A stretch of 63,650 nt of DNA, filler included, from Octopus bimaculoides (lineage: Eukaryota), in the NCBI RefSeq assembly GCF_001194135.2. It is 4 parts of 3 records of this genome, joined end to end, with 100 filler letters (N's around TTAATTAATTAA, not from the genome) between each part and the next. Parts side by side here need not be neighbours in the genome. Positions count along the whole stretch, not along the records: positions 1 to 17,783 come from NC_068981.1; positions 17,884 to 29,195 come from NC_069000.1; 2 more parts are not named here. One strand, given 5' to 3'. The position numbers were made by a program, and so were the translations under genes. Of this stretch, positions 12,884 to 25,728 are shown one piece after another. How positions within the stretch are numbered: position 1 is the first letter of the stretch; each line of letters opens with the position of its first letter. Under the pieces are notes generated by a model. That model had not been told where the DNA came from. It did not search any database and saw only the letters and a program-made list of their open reading frames with translations.

Positions 12884-13815
12884 AGTATGTACATGCATGT
12901 ACATGTCTGTGTGTACATATGTTTGTACATATGCATGCTGTGTATGTATACACTTATAGTTACATTTGAAAATACTTTTTGCAAATTTATGGATTTCAAA
13001 ATGTTTAGTTTCTACTGATCTCATTTAAAAATGTTACTGCCAGAGTAAAATATCATTATAAACATGCACACATATACGTGCATACCCCCCCNNNNNNNNN
13101 NCACATATTTTGAGAATATTGGTAACAACTTCTCTTTTAAGTTATTATATTATTTAAAACACAAGTGTGCTCAGTTTTAGTATTTTTATAAAGGATTCTT
13201 CATGTATCTTTATTGCACCAATTCATTATGCTTGGAACAATAAAATTTTAGGTTCCCAAATGGAAAACCATCTCTCCTTTTGGAGTATCCAGGTATAATC
13301 ATAAAAGAACTCATTAGTCTCCCAGCTGTGTGTCTGAAGGAAGATTAAAGTCCAGTAATGAAAGCTAAATAAACATTCATCACTATAAAACATTCTGCTA
13401 CACCCATCATTAAGCTGTATCACTTGCAGCATTTAGCTTACAACCAGGTGAACCGAGTCAATTGAAAACTTACTACAGTGGCTTTCAAACTCTCGCACTA
13501 ATAGATACACACACTTTTAGGTACACAAGGTTTACAAAAGCATTGAAGTCTTGAATGCAATTGTGTGGAGATTCCTTCACTGTTTCTGTTCACTTATCAT
13601 TGTGAACAATAGTTTCCAACAATATTTGTAACCAAGAACAATTTAGTTCGAGACTATCAAAACAGAATGATGTAATGGATGTTTCTAGCATAAAGTTACT
13701 TGCTCATTTCATTGATGAACAAGTTATTAAGTTACTTGAAAGGATAAGGCATCTGACTTTGAATCAGAAGATTGTGAGTTTGTATCTCGTTGTGGTCTCA
13801 AATTTTAATTTCATA

Positions 13816-14220
13816 GGTGCAGGAGTGGCTGTGTGGTAAGAAGAAGCTTGCTTCCTAACGACATGGTTCTGGATTCAATCCCACTGTGTGGCACCTTGGG
13901 CAAGTGTCTTCTACAATAGCTCCTGGCCAACCAAAGCCTTGTGAGTGGATTTGGTAGACAGAAACTGAAAGAAGCCCATCGTATATTTATGTATGTATAT
14001 CTATGTGTAGGTCCAGCTGTGTTTGTCCCCCACATCATCACTTGACAACTGGTGTTGGTGTGTTTACGTCCCCGTAACTTAGTGGTTTGGCAAAAGAGAC
14101 TGATAGAATAAGTACCAGACTTAAAAAATAAGTACTGGGGTTGATTCAGTCAACTAAAAATTCAAGGCAGTGCCCCAACATGGCCACAGTCAGATGACTA
14201 AAACAGGTAAAAGATAAAAG
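13816..14220 (+). mobile_element. SINE family A, full length, CpG-decayed
   Basis: tRNA-like head TGGCTGTGTGG / GGATTCAATCCC, CCTTGGGCAAG core, internal microsatellite, AAAAGAT tail. Confidence 0.93.
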
Positions 14221-14232
14221 ATCTATCTCATT

Positions 14233-14522
14233 GATGCATGGCTTAGTGGTTAGGGTAATCGGCTTATGATCATGAGGTTGTGAGTTCAATTCCTGATAGT
14301 GCATTGCGTCCTTGAGCAAGACACTTTATTTCATGTTGTTCCAGTTCACTCAGCTGGCAAAAATGAGTTCCACCTGTAATTCAAAGGGCTAGCCTTGTCA
14401 CAGTCTGTGTCACTCTGAATCTCCCTGAGAACTATGTTACACTTGCATGTTAATTTCACAAGGTGACTGTTCTGTTGATTGGATCAACTGGAACCCTCGT
14501 TGTCATAACTGATGGAGTGCCA
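14233..14522 (+). mobile_element. tRNA-derived SINE family C (GACGGAGTGCCA-type tail)
   Basis: A-box TGGCTTAGTGG, B-box GAGTTCAATTCC; the 3' part matches 59085-59270 in reverse complement. Confidence 0.85.
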
Positions 14523-16635
14523 GTTACCATCTCATTAAAATTGCAACATTAAATTAAATTAAATTAATTTCTAACATAGGTTTGCAGTCAGAAATTTTGG
14601 ATGTAGGATCTGTCAATTATATAAACTAAAGTATTTGACTGGTATTTTGTTTTATTGAGTTCAGATGGATGAAAGACAAAGTTGAACCAAGTTGAATTTG
14701 AACTTTTTGAATTAATAGGAAATAATACATGTCTATTGTCAGTTCTATAGTATCCAACCATTTTATACTATATTCTTCACATTGTATATACCAACACTGC
14801 TGAACACAGTGAAGGGATATGCATTTGAGAACTCCTGACTTAGTGGCTTAATCAGATACAGTCGCCATGCTATTGTAAATATACAAATGACAGAGAGTTG
14901 AGCTGGTAGTCTGATAACTTTATTTTTCTCCTCCAGTTTTGGCTCTAAGAAATTTATATCATAGCTGAAAATATATGTATTTGTACTTGTTACTATCTCA
15001 TCAAGTCAACAATATGTAATGTTTCATAAAACTACCTTAAGAGGATGGGAAACAGTAAAGAGCCAATAATGATAATTAATTGTCCATCAGTGACTCCATT
15101 ATAACTCTTACAACTTCACCTGAAGATAAATATATCAATAGTCTTTCAACAAGACGATTCTAAAGATTTTTCTGTTGTTATTGTTGTTAATGTTCAGCTA
15201 TTGTTTTTATTTTCTTGTATGGTTTATTGATTTCTCTTTAATAGTGTTTCAGAGGAGTTTATTTGTTTACACCATATTCACCATTCCGTCTTGCACTAAT
15301 GTAAAAGATACATAAAATATAGACAGTAGGCATCAGAGATGAAAAATATATGGTCAATATAGTCAAATACACATATCCATATACATACAAGATGATCACT
15401 TCTCTGATAGATGATAGCTGTTGCCATTAATCAACATCATCCCAATAATCTCCATTACATCTATGTATTCTGAGATAACTCTTGAGGTCAGCAGCTGACC
15501 TACAAATCTATGTGGCAGATAAAATTCAAAACTTCTACAGGGTTTTGCAATTTTATATGCCTTTTCAAACCAAGGTTATTTTGACAGATTTTTTCAACAT
15601 ATTGCACTGTTGTTGTAACCATAAAAAGGTAGCAAATCATTGTTAGATGCATCTTGATTTCATTAACTTTTGTATGTTTTCCTCTGGTTACATATGTCAC
15701 ATGAAGCATTCTTTCCATCATGTTATTATATGCTGACAGGATGGATTCCACATTGAAACAACAAATCACAATGTTGTAGACATACCCACAGGTAAAGCTA
15801 AAGTCATAACTCATTAACATGTTTCTAGAGTTGTATTGGTGGTTAAAACATCAAAATTTTGCTTTTGGAAGCAGGGTACAGATGCTTAAGGTGGCCTGTA
15901 ACACCCAATTATATTCAGATCATAAGCCTTAAATATAAAAATCGATTCATAGTACCCCGCAAAAAATATGTCCCTCACATCCATGAGAAAAGAAACATGG
16001 TGCTAAGTGGCAACTCCTCTCTCTCTTCAGCTTGTGTGATCTGTGTGAATGAGGGTTGGAGTGAGTGAAATCTTTTACTTTCACTTCAGCATCTCTGCGG
16101 GGAAATTGAAGTTGGTCTTCTTTAGAATATATGCAATCTTCCACTTTAGAGTGTTGATTGATGAGTTGATGTCTTGTGCATGTAGCAGTAGTGCTGATGC
16201 TATGGCAGTTGCTTGCATTGCTTGAAAAAGTTTGCATTATGCTGATTGTTGTTTTGTAATAGCACAAGAAGTATGTGCACTGGAATGACAGCAGAGATTG
16301 ATAATGTGTAATAACTAGAATGTTTACTAGGATTTCTTTTGCTAGATTTAGCATAGCAAAAGAAAAAGAGTCCATTTGATTAGCGAACAATTGATGTTTG
16401 GAGTGTCTGTAGGTGTGATACCCTGCTGGATATGGTTATGAAATTTGATGGTGGCTATTGTTCTCACTAAATGCCTTCTATATTTTGATTATAGTGAGGA
16501 CCTGGATCTAATATTACAATAACATGAGAGTGCTGAGGTTGTCATTGTGAATGCATTTGGTAGTTTTGAATTTGTTGAGGTGAGGATAAATCTGTGAGTG
16601 AGTGCTATAGTATTGGCTGGAAGTGCTTATACATA

Positions 16636-16704
<69 letters not shown>

Positions 16705-16776
16705 AAAAGAAAAGTGTTCTCTGCACAAATGTATGTATGTATGTAAGGATGGGTGGATGTGTGTATGTGTGCATGT

Positions 16777-17623
16777 GGAGTGTTCAGGCTAAATTTAGCA
16801 ATTTTTATGTCTCCTTTTTCAGAAACAGTTTGATGTATTAATGAACAGTCAATGGCATTCAGATTAAAGTTGTAGTTGAGAAAAAGTTGACTGACATGGA
16901 AGACTGGAAGTGATCTGAATATTGGAAAAGAATTACCTGTGTGATGATGATGCATGCTGGGTATCAAAATGCAAACACCATGCTCTGTAAATACTGTAAA
17001 AGCATAAGGCATAGCATGAAAAACTGCAACAGAGACTACGAAGCTGTGGTCAGCAGGAAGGGATGTAGCAAGCATTCCGACTGCATCCATATGGCAGAAT
17101 TCATCCCCACATCTTTGAACCGGGCCTTAGGCTCAATTCAGATGATTATATAATGCTACTGGGGACTGGTCAAACTTTGACTGTTGAGGGTTGATGCTGG
17201 AAAGCCATATGTATAGCAGTAGGATTCAGCTCCTTGCCATACTTTTGGAAAGAATAAGCAATGGTTGTTGGAAAATTTCTAAGATTCCCCCAGTCCCAAT
17301 TTCTGAACTATTAATTCCTCCAATTTTAATCCCATGGATTACTATGAATGACATCAACCACTCTGCTTGAAGCATCAAGTCTGAACTGGGTGGCCTAGAT
17401 CAAGGAGGTGTTTGAAGATCTTCCAAGAGACACAGTGAGGAATACATGTGTCGGGTTCCAGAGCGTTCTTGAGGCAATGGTGGAAGCTGAGGACAGCTAC
17501 TTTGAGTAAATTGTTATCTCCCAGTCATAATCTAGTTGATATCTTTTGATTTTTTTAAAAATTCTTTTATTTTTGGATTGGATATTGTGTTTTCTTTTCC
17601 TTTTATGCAAGATGTCAAATTTA

Positions 17624-17626
<3 letters not shown>
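16777..17626 (+). mobile_element. Degenerate Tc1/mariner-superfamily transposon with transposase pseudogene
   Basis: Fragments GKPYV*Q*DSAPCHT..QWLLENF, NPMDYY and IKEVFEDLPRDTVRNTC...VEAEDSYFE* match the QQDSAP.H / SPDLNP.DY..W signature; GGCTAAATTT (16787) and AAATTTAGCC (17617) are TIR remnants. Confidence 0.8.
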
Positions 17627-17654
<28 letters not shown>

Positions 17655-17661
<7 letters not shown>

Positions 17662-17769
17662 TAATTATCGCCAAGCCAACATGGCAGTCCCAAATATAGG
17701 ACGAATGCTACCGTGGATTAGCTCCAAGATGCCATCGCCTCTAGGTAGCTTGGCGATAATTATTAATAT
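17655..17769. repeat. Hairpin/MITE-like element with perfect 22-bp inverted arms
   Basis: ATATTAATAATTATCGCCAAGC (17655-17676) / GCTTGGCGATAATTATTAATAT (17748-17769). Confidence 0.88.
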
Positions 17770-17783
17770 CCAGTACCACTGCC

Positions 17784-17883
17784 NNNNNNNNNNNNNNNNN
17801 NNNNNNNNNNNNNNNNNNNNNNNNNNNTTAATTAATTAANNNNNNNNNNNNNNNNNNNNNNNNNNNNNNNNNNNNNNNNNNNN
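17784..17883. other. Artificial 100-nt assembly spacer N44-TTAATTAATTAA-N44
   Basis: 12-mer gives stops in all six frames; the same construct occurs around 29240 and 46934. Confidence 0.92.
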
Positions 17884-18680
17884 ACTCACTTCTCTCTTTC
17901 TCTCTCTATCTTTCTCTCTCTATCTTTCCCTCTCTCTTTCTGCATACACATCTGTGTGCGCGCGTGTGTGTGTGTGTGTATTTCTCTCAATAACTTGTTA
18001 GTTTTTATTAGATAAAAATCACTAAAACCAGACTAAAAAAAAATATATATAATTAGATATAATGGAAGAACAGATTCGGGAAATGGAGAAGCAAGAAAGA
18101 ATAATGTGTGTGTGTGTGCATGTGCATGCATGTCTTGTGTGTGTCCATGTGTGTGTGTGTGTGTGTACATGCACATGCGTGTTTTGTGTGTGTGCGTGTG
18201 TGTATGTGTATGTATGTGTGAGTATATGTGTGCATATGTGTGTGTGTGTGTGAAAGAGAGGTGAGAAAGACAGAAAGAGCAGCAAAGAAAATAAGGAGAT
18301 ACAGAAAAGCAGCAATGCAAAACTGAAAGTCACTAGGGTGTAAAATCTAAGTTTTTAATTACTATTATAATTAATTTTTCATTATATACATATATTGAGT
18401 ACCCTTTCCTTGTGTTTGTATACACACACACACACATGTAAATCATCATCATCATTATCGTCGTCATCATCATCATCATCATCATCATCATATTCATCAT
18501 CATTGAGTGTTCATGCTATTATGAACTGAACTGCATCAAGATCCAAAGTTTGCTTTTGGCATGGTTTCTAAGGCTGAATACCTTCTTATTACCAACCACT
18601 TTACAGAGTGTACTGGGTGGCTTTTTTTTTTTTTTTTTTGTGACCCAAGCATTAGTGAGGTAGTCAAGTAACCTGCAAGA

Positions 18681-19180
18681 GGCGCAGGAGTGGCTGTGTG
18701 GTAAGAAGCTTGCTTACCAACCACATGGTTCCGGGTTCAGTCCCACTGCGTGGCATCTTGGGCAAGTGTCTTCTACTATAGCCTCGGGGCGACCAAAGCC
18801 TTGTGAGTGGATTTGGTAGACAGAAACTGCAAGAAGCCCATCGTATATACGTATATATATATGTATGTGTGTATATGTTTGTGTCTGTGTTTGCCCCCCC
18901 CCCCNNNNNNNNNNNNNNNNNNNNNNNNNNNNNNNNNNNNNNNNNNNNNNNNNNNNNNNNNNNNNNNNNNNNNNNNNNNNNNNNNNNNNNNNNNNNNNNN
19001 NNNNNGGCGTGTTTACGTCTCCGTAACTTAGCGATTCGGCAAAGGAGACCGATAGAATAAGTACTAGGCTTCCAAAGAATAAGTCCTGGGGTCGATTTGC
19101 TCGACTAAAAGGTGGTGCTCCAGCATGGCCGCAGTCAAATGACTGAAACAAGTAAAAGAGTAAAAAAAGAGTAAAAGAGT
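18681..19180 (+). mobile_element. SINE family A, full length, gap inside internal microsatellite
   Basis: GGCGCAGGAGTGGCTGTGTGG head through (AAAAGAGT)n tail. Confidence 0.95.
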
Positions 19181-20774
19181 ACTCCCTTGACTAAGTGGGA
19201 TTGTAGTGGAGAGACAGAGGCTGGTAGCTTTGTTCTAGGTATTGAGAGGCCAAAATATGAAAGAGAGACAAGCAGAGATGTCTTGCTTTAAGAGGAGATA
19301 TGTGATTACTCTGCATTACATAAGGATCACCTTGTCTTGTGTTGTAACAGCATTCACCTGAGACAGGTTAAGCCAGCTCTTATGAGTTCATAGGGGTTTT
19401 GAGGGATGATCAGTGCCTGCAAAAACAGTTCCTGTCTGTATATGTAAGCCACTGAACATGACTAGTGACAAGTTGTCCTCGTGTTGTGCCTTTTTGTTGC
19501 AGATATGAAAGGGTGATGAGAATGATATCGAATAAGAGGGGTTTGTTAAGATGAGGTGCACATATATATATATATATAAATATATATATAAAGAGAGAGA
19601 GAGAGAGTGAGAGAGAGAATCACATTTTTCAATTTTGTATATGTATCTTACTCTTTCCCTCTCTCTCTCTTTGTACACACACACACATATATATATATAT
19701 AGAGAGAGAGAGAGAAAGATGCACACACACACACACACACACACATACACATATCTGTAGGATATCTTTAACTAAGGCAAAATTTAAGAATGTACTGAGA
19801 AAAAAATCCTTTAGTTATGTGACACCTGTGTGTATGTGCATGCATGTGTGTGTGTGTGTTAGTGTGTGTGTGTGTGTGCGTGTTAGTGTGTGTGTGTGTG
19901 TGAGTGTGTGTGCATGTACATATATATCATCTTCCGGGGAAAAATTTTAAACACAAAACTAGAAATATATACACATAGAAGGTAAGAGAGAGAGAGAGTG
20001 AAAGAGATAAAGAGAGAGAGAGAGAGAAGGGGAGGGTGAGAGAGAAAGAAACAGAGAGAGACAGTAAATTTGGAAGGAAGAGAGGGACAGGGAGAGTAAG
20101 AAAAATAGAGAGAGAGAGAGAGAGAGGAGGAAAGAGTAGACATGGAAGGAAGGGGTGATGAAGTGAAGAAAAGGAAAGTGAAAGAAAATGATAAGAATGG
20201 AAACTTGGAAATTTGTGAATAAAAATCTAAAAACATAATAGAAACGTCTTTTTTTGTTTTGTTTTATTTTTATTTTTGTCCGTGATTATTATACTTGCAA
20301 ATAACATGTAGAAATAAACGAATAGATAAATAAATAAAAGTAAGAATATTAAAATGTAGAACACAAGATAATATGAATGAATAACATAAAATTTTAATAA
20401 AGAAAAGAAAGAATTAGTCTGATAAAACTGAGCTTCCAACAAGACCTTGGAATATTGAATTAAATCAGGAATGCTTTTTTTCTGTTTTAGCATCAGACAA
20501 CTTAAAATACTATTTGAACATATTTTAAAAATGGAAAGAAACTGTTAAAGAAAGAGAAAAACCAAAGAAACAGAGACAATGTTATCACTAGCAAGTACTT
20601 TTGTTCTAAGGTTTTATAAATAACCTGGCTTTAAACAGCTGGAAGCAAAATGAATGACTGGTGAAAAGATAAAGTTTATTTTGAGAGGAAGGACAATGTG
20701 TTATCGTCATGATGGACGGTAAATAAGAATTTGTGACATTCATGCTTTCTCCTCAAGATCGCCAACATCACAAC

Positions 20775-21140
20775 CAATATTCTTTTCTAATCTAGGCACA
20801 AGATCTGAAATTTTTGGGGAAGGGGCCAGTCGATTAGATCGAGCCCCCCCTGCCCCAGTATGCAACTGGTACTTAATTTATCAACCCCGAAAGGATGAAA
20901 GGCATGTAAAGAATCACAAGAAATATTGGTTTCAAATTTTGGCACAAGGCCAGCAGTTTTGAGGGAGGACCCAAGTCTATTAAATCGACTCCAATGTTCA
21001 ACTGGTACTTATTTCATCGACCCCAAAAGGATGAAAGACAAAGTCGACCTTGGTGGAATTTGAACTCAGAACATAAAGACAGATGAAATGCCACTAAGCA
21101 TTTCACCTGGAGTGCTAATGTTTCTGCTAGCTCACCGCCT
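20775..21140 (-). mobile_element. Two tandem family B SINEs (partial plus full)
   Basis: Reverse complement of the family B core and head (compare 22209-22426). Confidence 0.85.
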
Positions 21141-21286
21141 TAACACCACAACCAATATTATTAAAAGACTGAGGTTTTAATAGTATAAGAGAAATGAAAT
21201 GATATCAACTAAGAATTGAAATCTGGTCACTGGCATTCAGTAGATTACGTCTATCTCTCCTACATAGTATCCTCTTTCTGGCAAAA

Positions 21287-21380
21287 ATGAGTAACCCTGT
21301 GATGGACTGGCATCCCATCCAGGTGAAGAATTTATATGCCATGGAAACTGGGAAACTAGCCCTTATGGGTCAGTATTACT
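21287..21380 (+). mobile_element. Family C SINE tail fragment
   Basis: ATGAGTAACCCTGTGATGGACTGGCATCCCATCCAG...GGAAACT matches the tail of 842-1090. Confidence 0.65.
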
Positions 21381-22208
21381 CGAGAAGGAAACTTTACCTT
21401 ATCTTTACCTGGGTTGCTGATTCCATCTGGAGTGTCACATATGTTCATGACAATGAAATGCAACTATTTTCTGTCATTTCCTTGCTTACAAGAGCACACA
21501 GAAAGTGAACTACAGACAGAAGCAGTCACTATTCTTTGGTACTTCACCTTCCCCCATACAACTGTACCCCACTACCACCACCACCACCACCATTGAATAG
21601 CCACAAAGCTGAAGTCATAGGTTTCATTGATTGCTCAAGAACAAACATGAAAATGTCTGGCAAAAGGAAGACAAGACAGTCACAGCCAATACATCTTTGA
21701 TCAAAGAGCATGAACTGGGAGTTATCAGCAGAAACAACAACAACAACAACAACAACAACTACAAGTATTTTACTGAGAAAAAAAACACAAACTTGTATTT
21801 AGTAGGAGTATTGTTTTAAGACTTCCCCCCACTGCCTGCCTGTTTTGATGTAAATTATTTATTTATATCTCTCATTCATGATGTTTTCGTCATATTTTAA
21901 ATGAAGAAAAAATACTGTATTTACTCAGCCAACTGAAAACCTTTGGGATATTTTTATATACAGAACAGTAGTTTAACAAAGGACAGGATGGAAAGAATAA
22001 GCAAAGTTCAAGTTTCCCCAAGTGGAACAGTGGTAAGTATAGTGATAGTAACTTGTTTCCAAGTTAGCCTATATCTTTATCCTAGTACGTTCATAGAAAA
22101 TAAAAAAACAGAAAAGATAGGATAATCATAGTCAGATCGCTTTTGATCACAGGTCTATCTGGTTAGAACTAACCTAGCACTAATCCTCAATATCCTCTTT
22201 ATTTCTAA

Positions 22209-22426
22209 GGCAGTGAGCTGATAGAAATGTTAATACGCCAGGTGAAATTCTTAGTGGTATTTTGTCTGTCCTTACATTCTGAGTTCAAATTCCGCTGAGG
22301 TCGACTTTGCCTTTCATCCTTTCGGGGTTGATAAATTAAGTACCAGTTACGTACTAGGATTGGTCTAATCAACTGGCTTCCTTCCCCCAAAATTTCGGGC
22401 CTTGTGCCTAGATTAGAAAAGAATAT
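22209..22426 (+). mobile_element. tRNA-derived SINE family B, CpG-decayed
   Basis: B-box GAGTTCAAATTCC and core GGTCGACTTTGCCTTTCATCCTTTCGGGG; aligns to 31570-31808. Confidence 0.92.
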
Positions 22427-23012
22427 CTTCTTTATTTCTATAATCAAAACACTTAACACATTAACCCTTTAGTATTCAAGTTATTCTGCCAAATGTAATA
22501 TTTGTTTATTTATATTGCTTTAAATTAATCAAGCATTATCTTGTAGTTTAGAGATGTCAATGTGTCGCATATGCCATGAAATATAGTACTTATTTTAAAA
22601 TGCAAATTTCTAACATTGGCACACAGAGACTAATTAGGGAAGGGCAAGGCTAATTATTTAAATTACTCTAACTCCTTAACCAGTATTTATTTTATTGATT
22701 CCTGAAGGATGAAAAGAAAAAAAATATATCAACCAACCTTGCATGGGATTTGATGGATTCATGTTAAGGAATGTACTCAAACACCACAAGGCACTTTTAT
22801 TTATTGTTCTGACAGTTTTACTATCCACCCACTTTGCATTAAAATGTAACAAATATATGTATGAATGTATATTATGTATATTCATTTATATGTGTGTGAC
22901 AGATGATGCAGCATTACTTATGTAACTAACACAGGTTATGAAACAACTGTCACCTAATGGAATGAATATCTACTTTCTTTATTTCTCTTATCAGATCAAT
23001 TTAGGCATGCAC

Positions 23013-23057
<45 letters not shown>

Positions 23058-23082
23058 CACACACACATGCACAAACACATAC

Positions 23083-23159
<77 letters not shown>

Positions 23160-23182
23160 CTACACACATATATATATATACC

Positions 23183-23356
23183 CTACACTCTCTGAGTGGT
23201 TGGCGTTAGGAAGGGCATCCAGCTGTGGAAACTCTGCCAAATTAGACTGGAGCCTGGTGTTGCCATCCGGTTTCACCAGTCCTCAGTCAAATCGTCCAAC
23301 CCATGCTAGCATGGAAAGCGGACGTTAAACGATGATGATGATGATGATGATGATGA
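23183..23356 (+). mobile_element. RTE-type retroposon 3' tail ending in (GAT)n
   Basis: GGTTGGCGTTAGGAAGGGCATCCAGCTG...CCAACCCATGCTAGCATGGAAAGCGGACGTTAAAC(GAT)n; related copies at 7, 8617, 27998 and 29030. Confidence 0.85.
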
Positions 23357-23658
23357 TATATATATATTACACACATACATACATATACATATACATACAT
23401 ATATATACATATGCTTATAAACACATACACACACACACACATGCTCACACATATACACACATATATGATCAAATAGACTATAGAGTGTGCTGGCGCTGGT
23501 CAGTGTCAGTAAGATTTATATCATGTTGTATATATATATATATTTATATATGTATGTTCGTGTGTGTGTGTATATGTATTTATATGCATATGTGCCTATA
23601 TATATATATATACATACATATATACACAAGTGCTAACACACATACACTCATATATGTG

Positions 23659-23694
<36 letters not shown>

Positions 23695-24289
23695 AATATA
23701 TACACACAATGTATGTGTGTGTATATATATATATATATATACACACACACAGACACATATACATATATATATATATACATATATATATACATATATATAT
23801 NNNNNNNNNNNNNNNNNNNNNNNNNNNNNNNNNNNNNNNNNNNNNNNNNNNNNNNNNNNNNNNNNNNNNNNNNNNNNNNNNNNNNNNNNNNNNNNNNNNN
23901 NNNNNNNNNNNNNNNNNNNNNNNNNNNNNNNNNNNNNNNNNNNNNNNNNNNNNNNNNNNNNNNNNNNNNNNNNNNNNNNNNNNNNNNNNNNNNNNNNNNN
24001 NNNNNNNNNNNNNNNNNNNNNNNNNNNNNNNNNNNNNNNNNNNNNNNNNNNNNNNNNNNNNNNNNNNNNNNNNNNNNNNNNNNNNNNNNNNNNNNNNNNN
24101 NNNNNNNNNNNNNNNNNNNNNNNNNNNNNNNNNNNNNNNNNNNNNNNNNNNNNNNNNNNNNNNNNNNNNNNNNNNNNNNNNNNNNNNNNNNNNNNNNNNN
24201 NNNNNNNNNNNNNNNNNNNNNNNNNNNNNNNNNNNNNNNNNNNNNNNNNNNNNNAATGACATTTCGTCCGTCTTCACATTCCCCTAGTC

Positions 24290-24588
24290 CAGGGGTTTTC
24301 AAACTTTTTGACTTGCGGACCCCTTTATATTTCAGGCTTTACCTTAGGGACCCCCTTATAAACGCTTATGAAATTTATACATAAATATTTGCTTAAAATA
24401 ACATATATTTTTACATTTATTTATTTAACAGTATTTAACAAAAATAGGTTTATTGTCAATTAAAAGATTACGATTAAAAAACATATATAAAATCAAATTG
24501 CCCATAAAAAGTAATTGCTGTCCACGGAACCCCTGTCTTGTCCTTGCGGACCCCCTGGGGTCCGCGGACCACAGTTTGAAAACCCCTG
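24290..24588. mobile_element. hAT (Charlie-like) MITE
   Basis: 16-bp TIR CAGGGGTTTTCAAACT / AGTTTGAAAACCCCTG; 8-bp TSD CCCTAGTC / CCCTAGCC (one mismatch). Confidence 0.9.
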
Positions 24589-25681
24589 CCCTAGCCTACT
24601 CAACAACTGATCTCAGTGGAATTTGAACTCAGAACGTCAGTATTCTGCCTGGCATGCTAACAGTTCTGCCAGCGTGCCACCTTATGTAAAGAGAATTATA
24701 ACACAAGAAGAATATACTTTCCTACATTTAAAGCATGTGGCATAGTGGTTAAAGTATTATACTCACAACCACAAGATTGTGAGTTCAATTACTGAACCAG
24801 GCTACATATTGAATTCTTGAACTCGACACAATGTTTTTCTCTGCCCCAGTCTATTCAACTGAAACAAGTTTTCATCAGAGTGTTAGTGTAACCCTTTCTC
24901 CCACTAGCTGTCACATCGTGAGTTTCCCCACTGGGTCATTTGCAGGAAGGCAAAGAGAGGATGGGATTAGTGTTCACTCACAAACATAAAAAAAACCTAA
25001 AACAATTAATTGAAGCATGGTACACACTAACATGCCATACTCGCTTACAAGTGATCGCTGTGGTGTTTATACCCACCTATGAAATTTCATACAAAGCAGT
25101 CATGTTATTTTGTAGTTGTACTTCTCATTATTTGGCTCCAAAATCAGAATTTGTTGAGGCAGATTTTCTATGGCCTGATGCTCTTCCTGTTGCCAACTTT
25201 TGCCTGTTTCCTAGCAAGGTAATTATCCCCTAGTCTACTGAACAACAAACAGCCCTGAGATATTCACACATTGAACTAGAAACAAATGACACCATATGAA
25301 TGAGCCTTTTGTTTACAAAGATCACACAATATGTCAAGACATGTCAAGACATGTCAAGGAGTCCAGACATGCAGTCTCAGTTGACTGCAACCAAATGACA
25401 CTGCCTGCATTGATAGTAGGAGTGTTGTTTACAGTCAACAAGTACACATAAAGACAAGGAGAAATATGAACACACGCACACACACTTCTTCTTCTTGTTC
25501 TCCTTCTTCTTCTTGTTCTTCTTCTTGTTCTCCTTCTTCTTCTCCTCCCTCGGCTTCTCCTACTTAAACCATCGATTCTCTGTACTCATAAAACCATTCC
25601 TTCAGATTTACTACTACCTACCTACCAAGCATTCACAAAGGAAGAAAGAGAGAGAGAGAGAGAGAGGGGGGGAGAGAGAGA

Positions 25682-25728
<47 letters not shown>

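Noticed and set aside
13226-13432. Aromatic-rich 68-aa minus ORF and overlapping 41-nt plus exon candidate
   Set aside because: Conflicting strands, weak splice signals, no homology I recognise.
25330-25372. ATGTCAAGAC x3; also small duplications near 37690 and 39680
   Set aside because: Ordinary slippage duplications.
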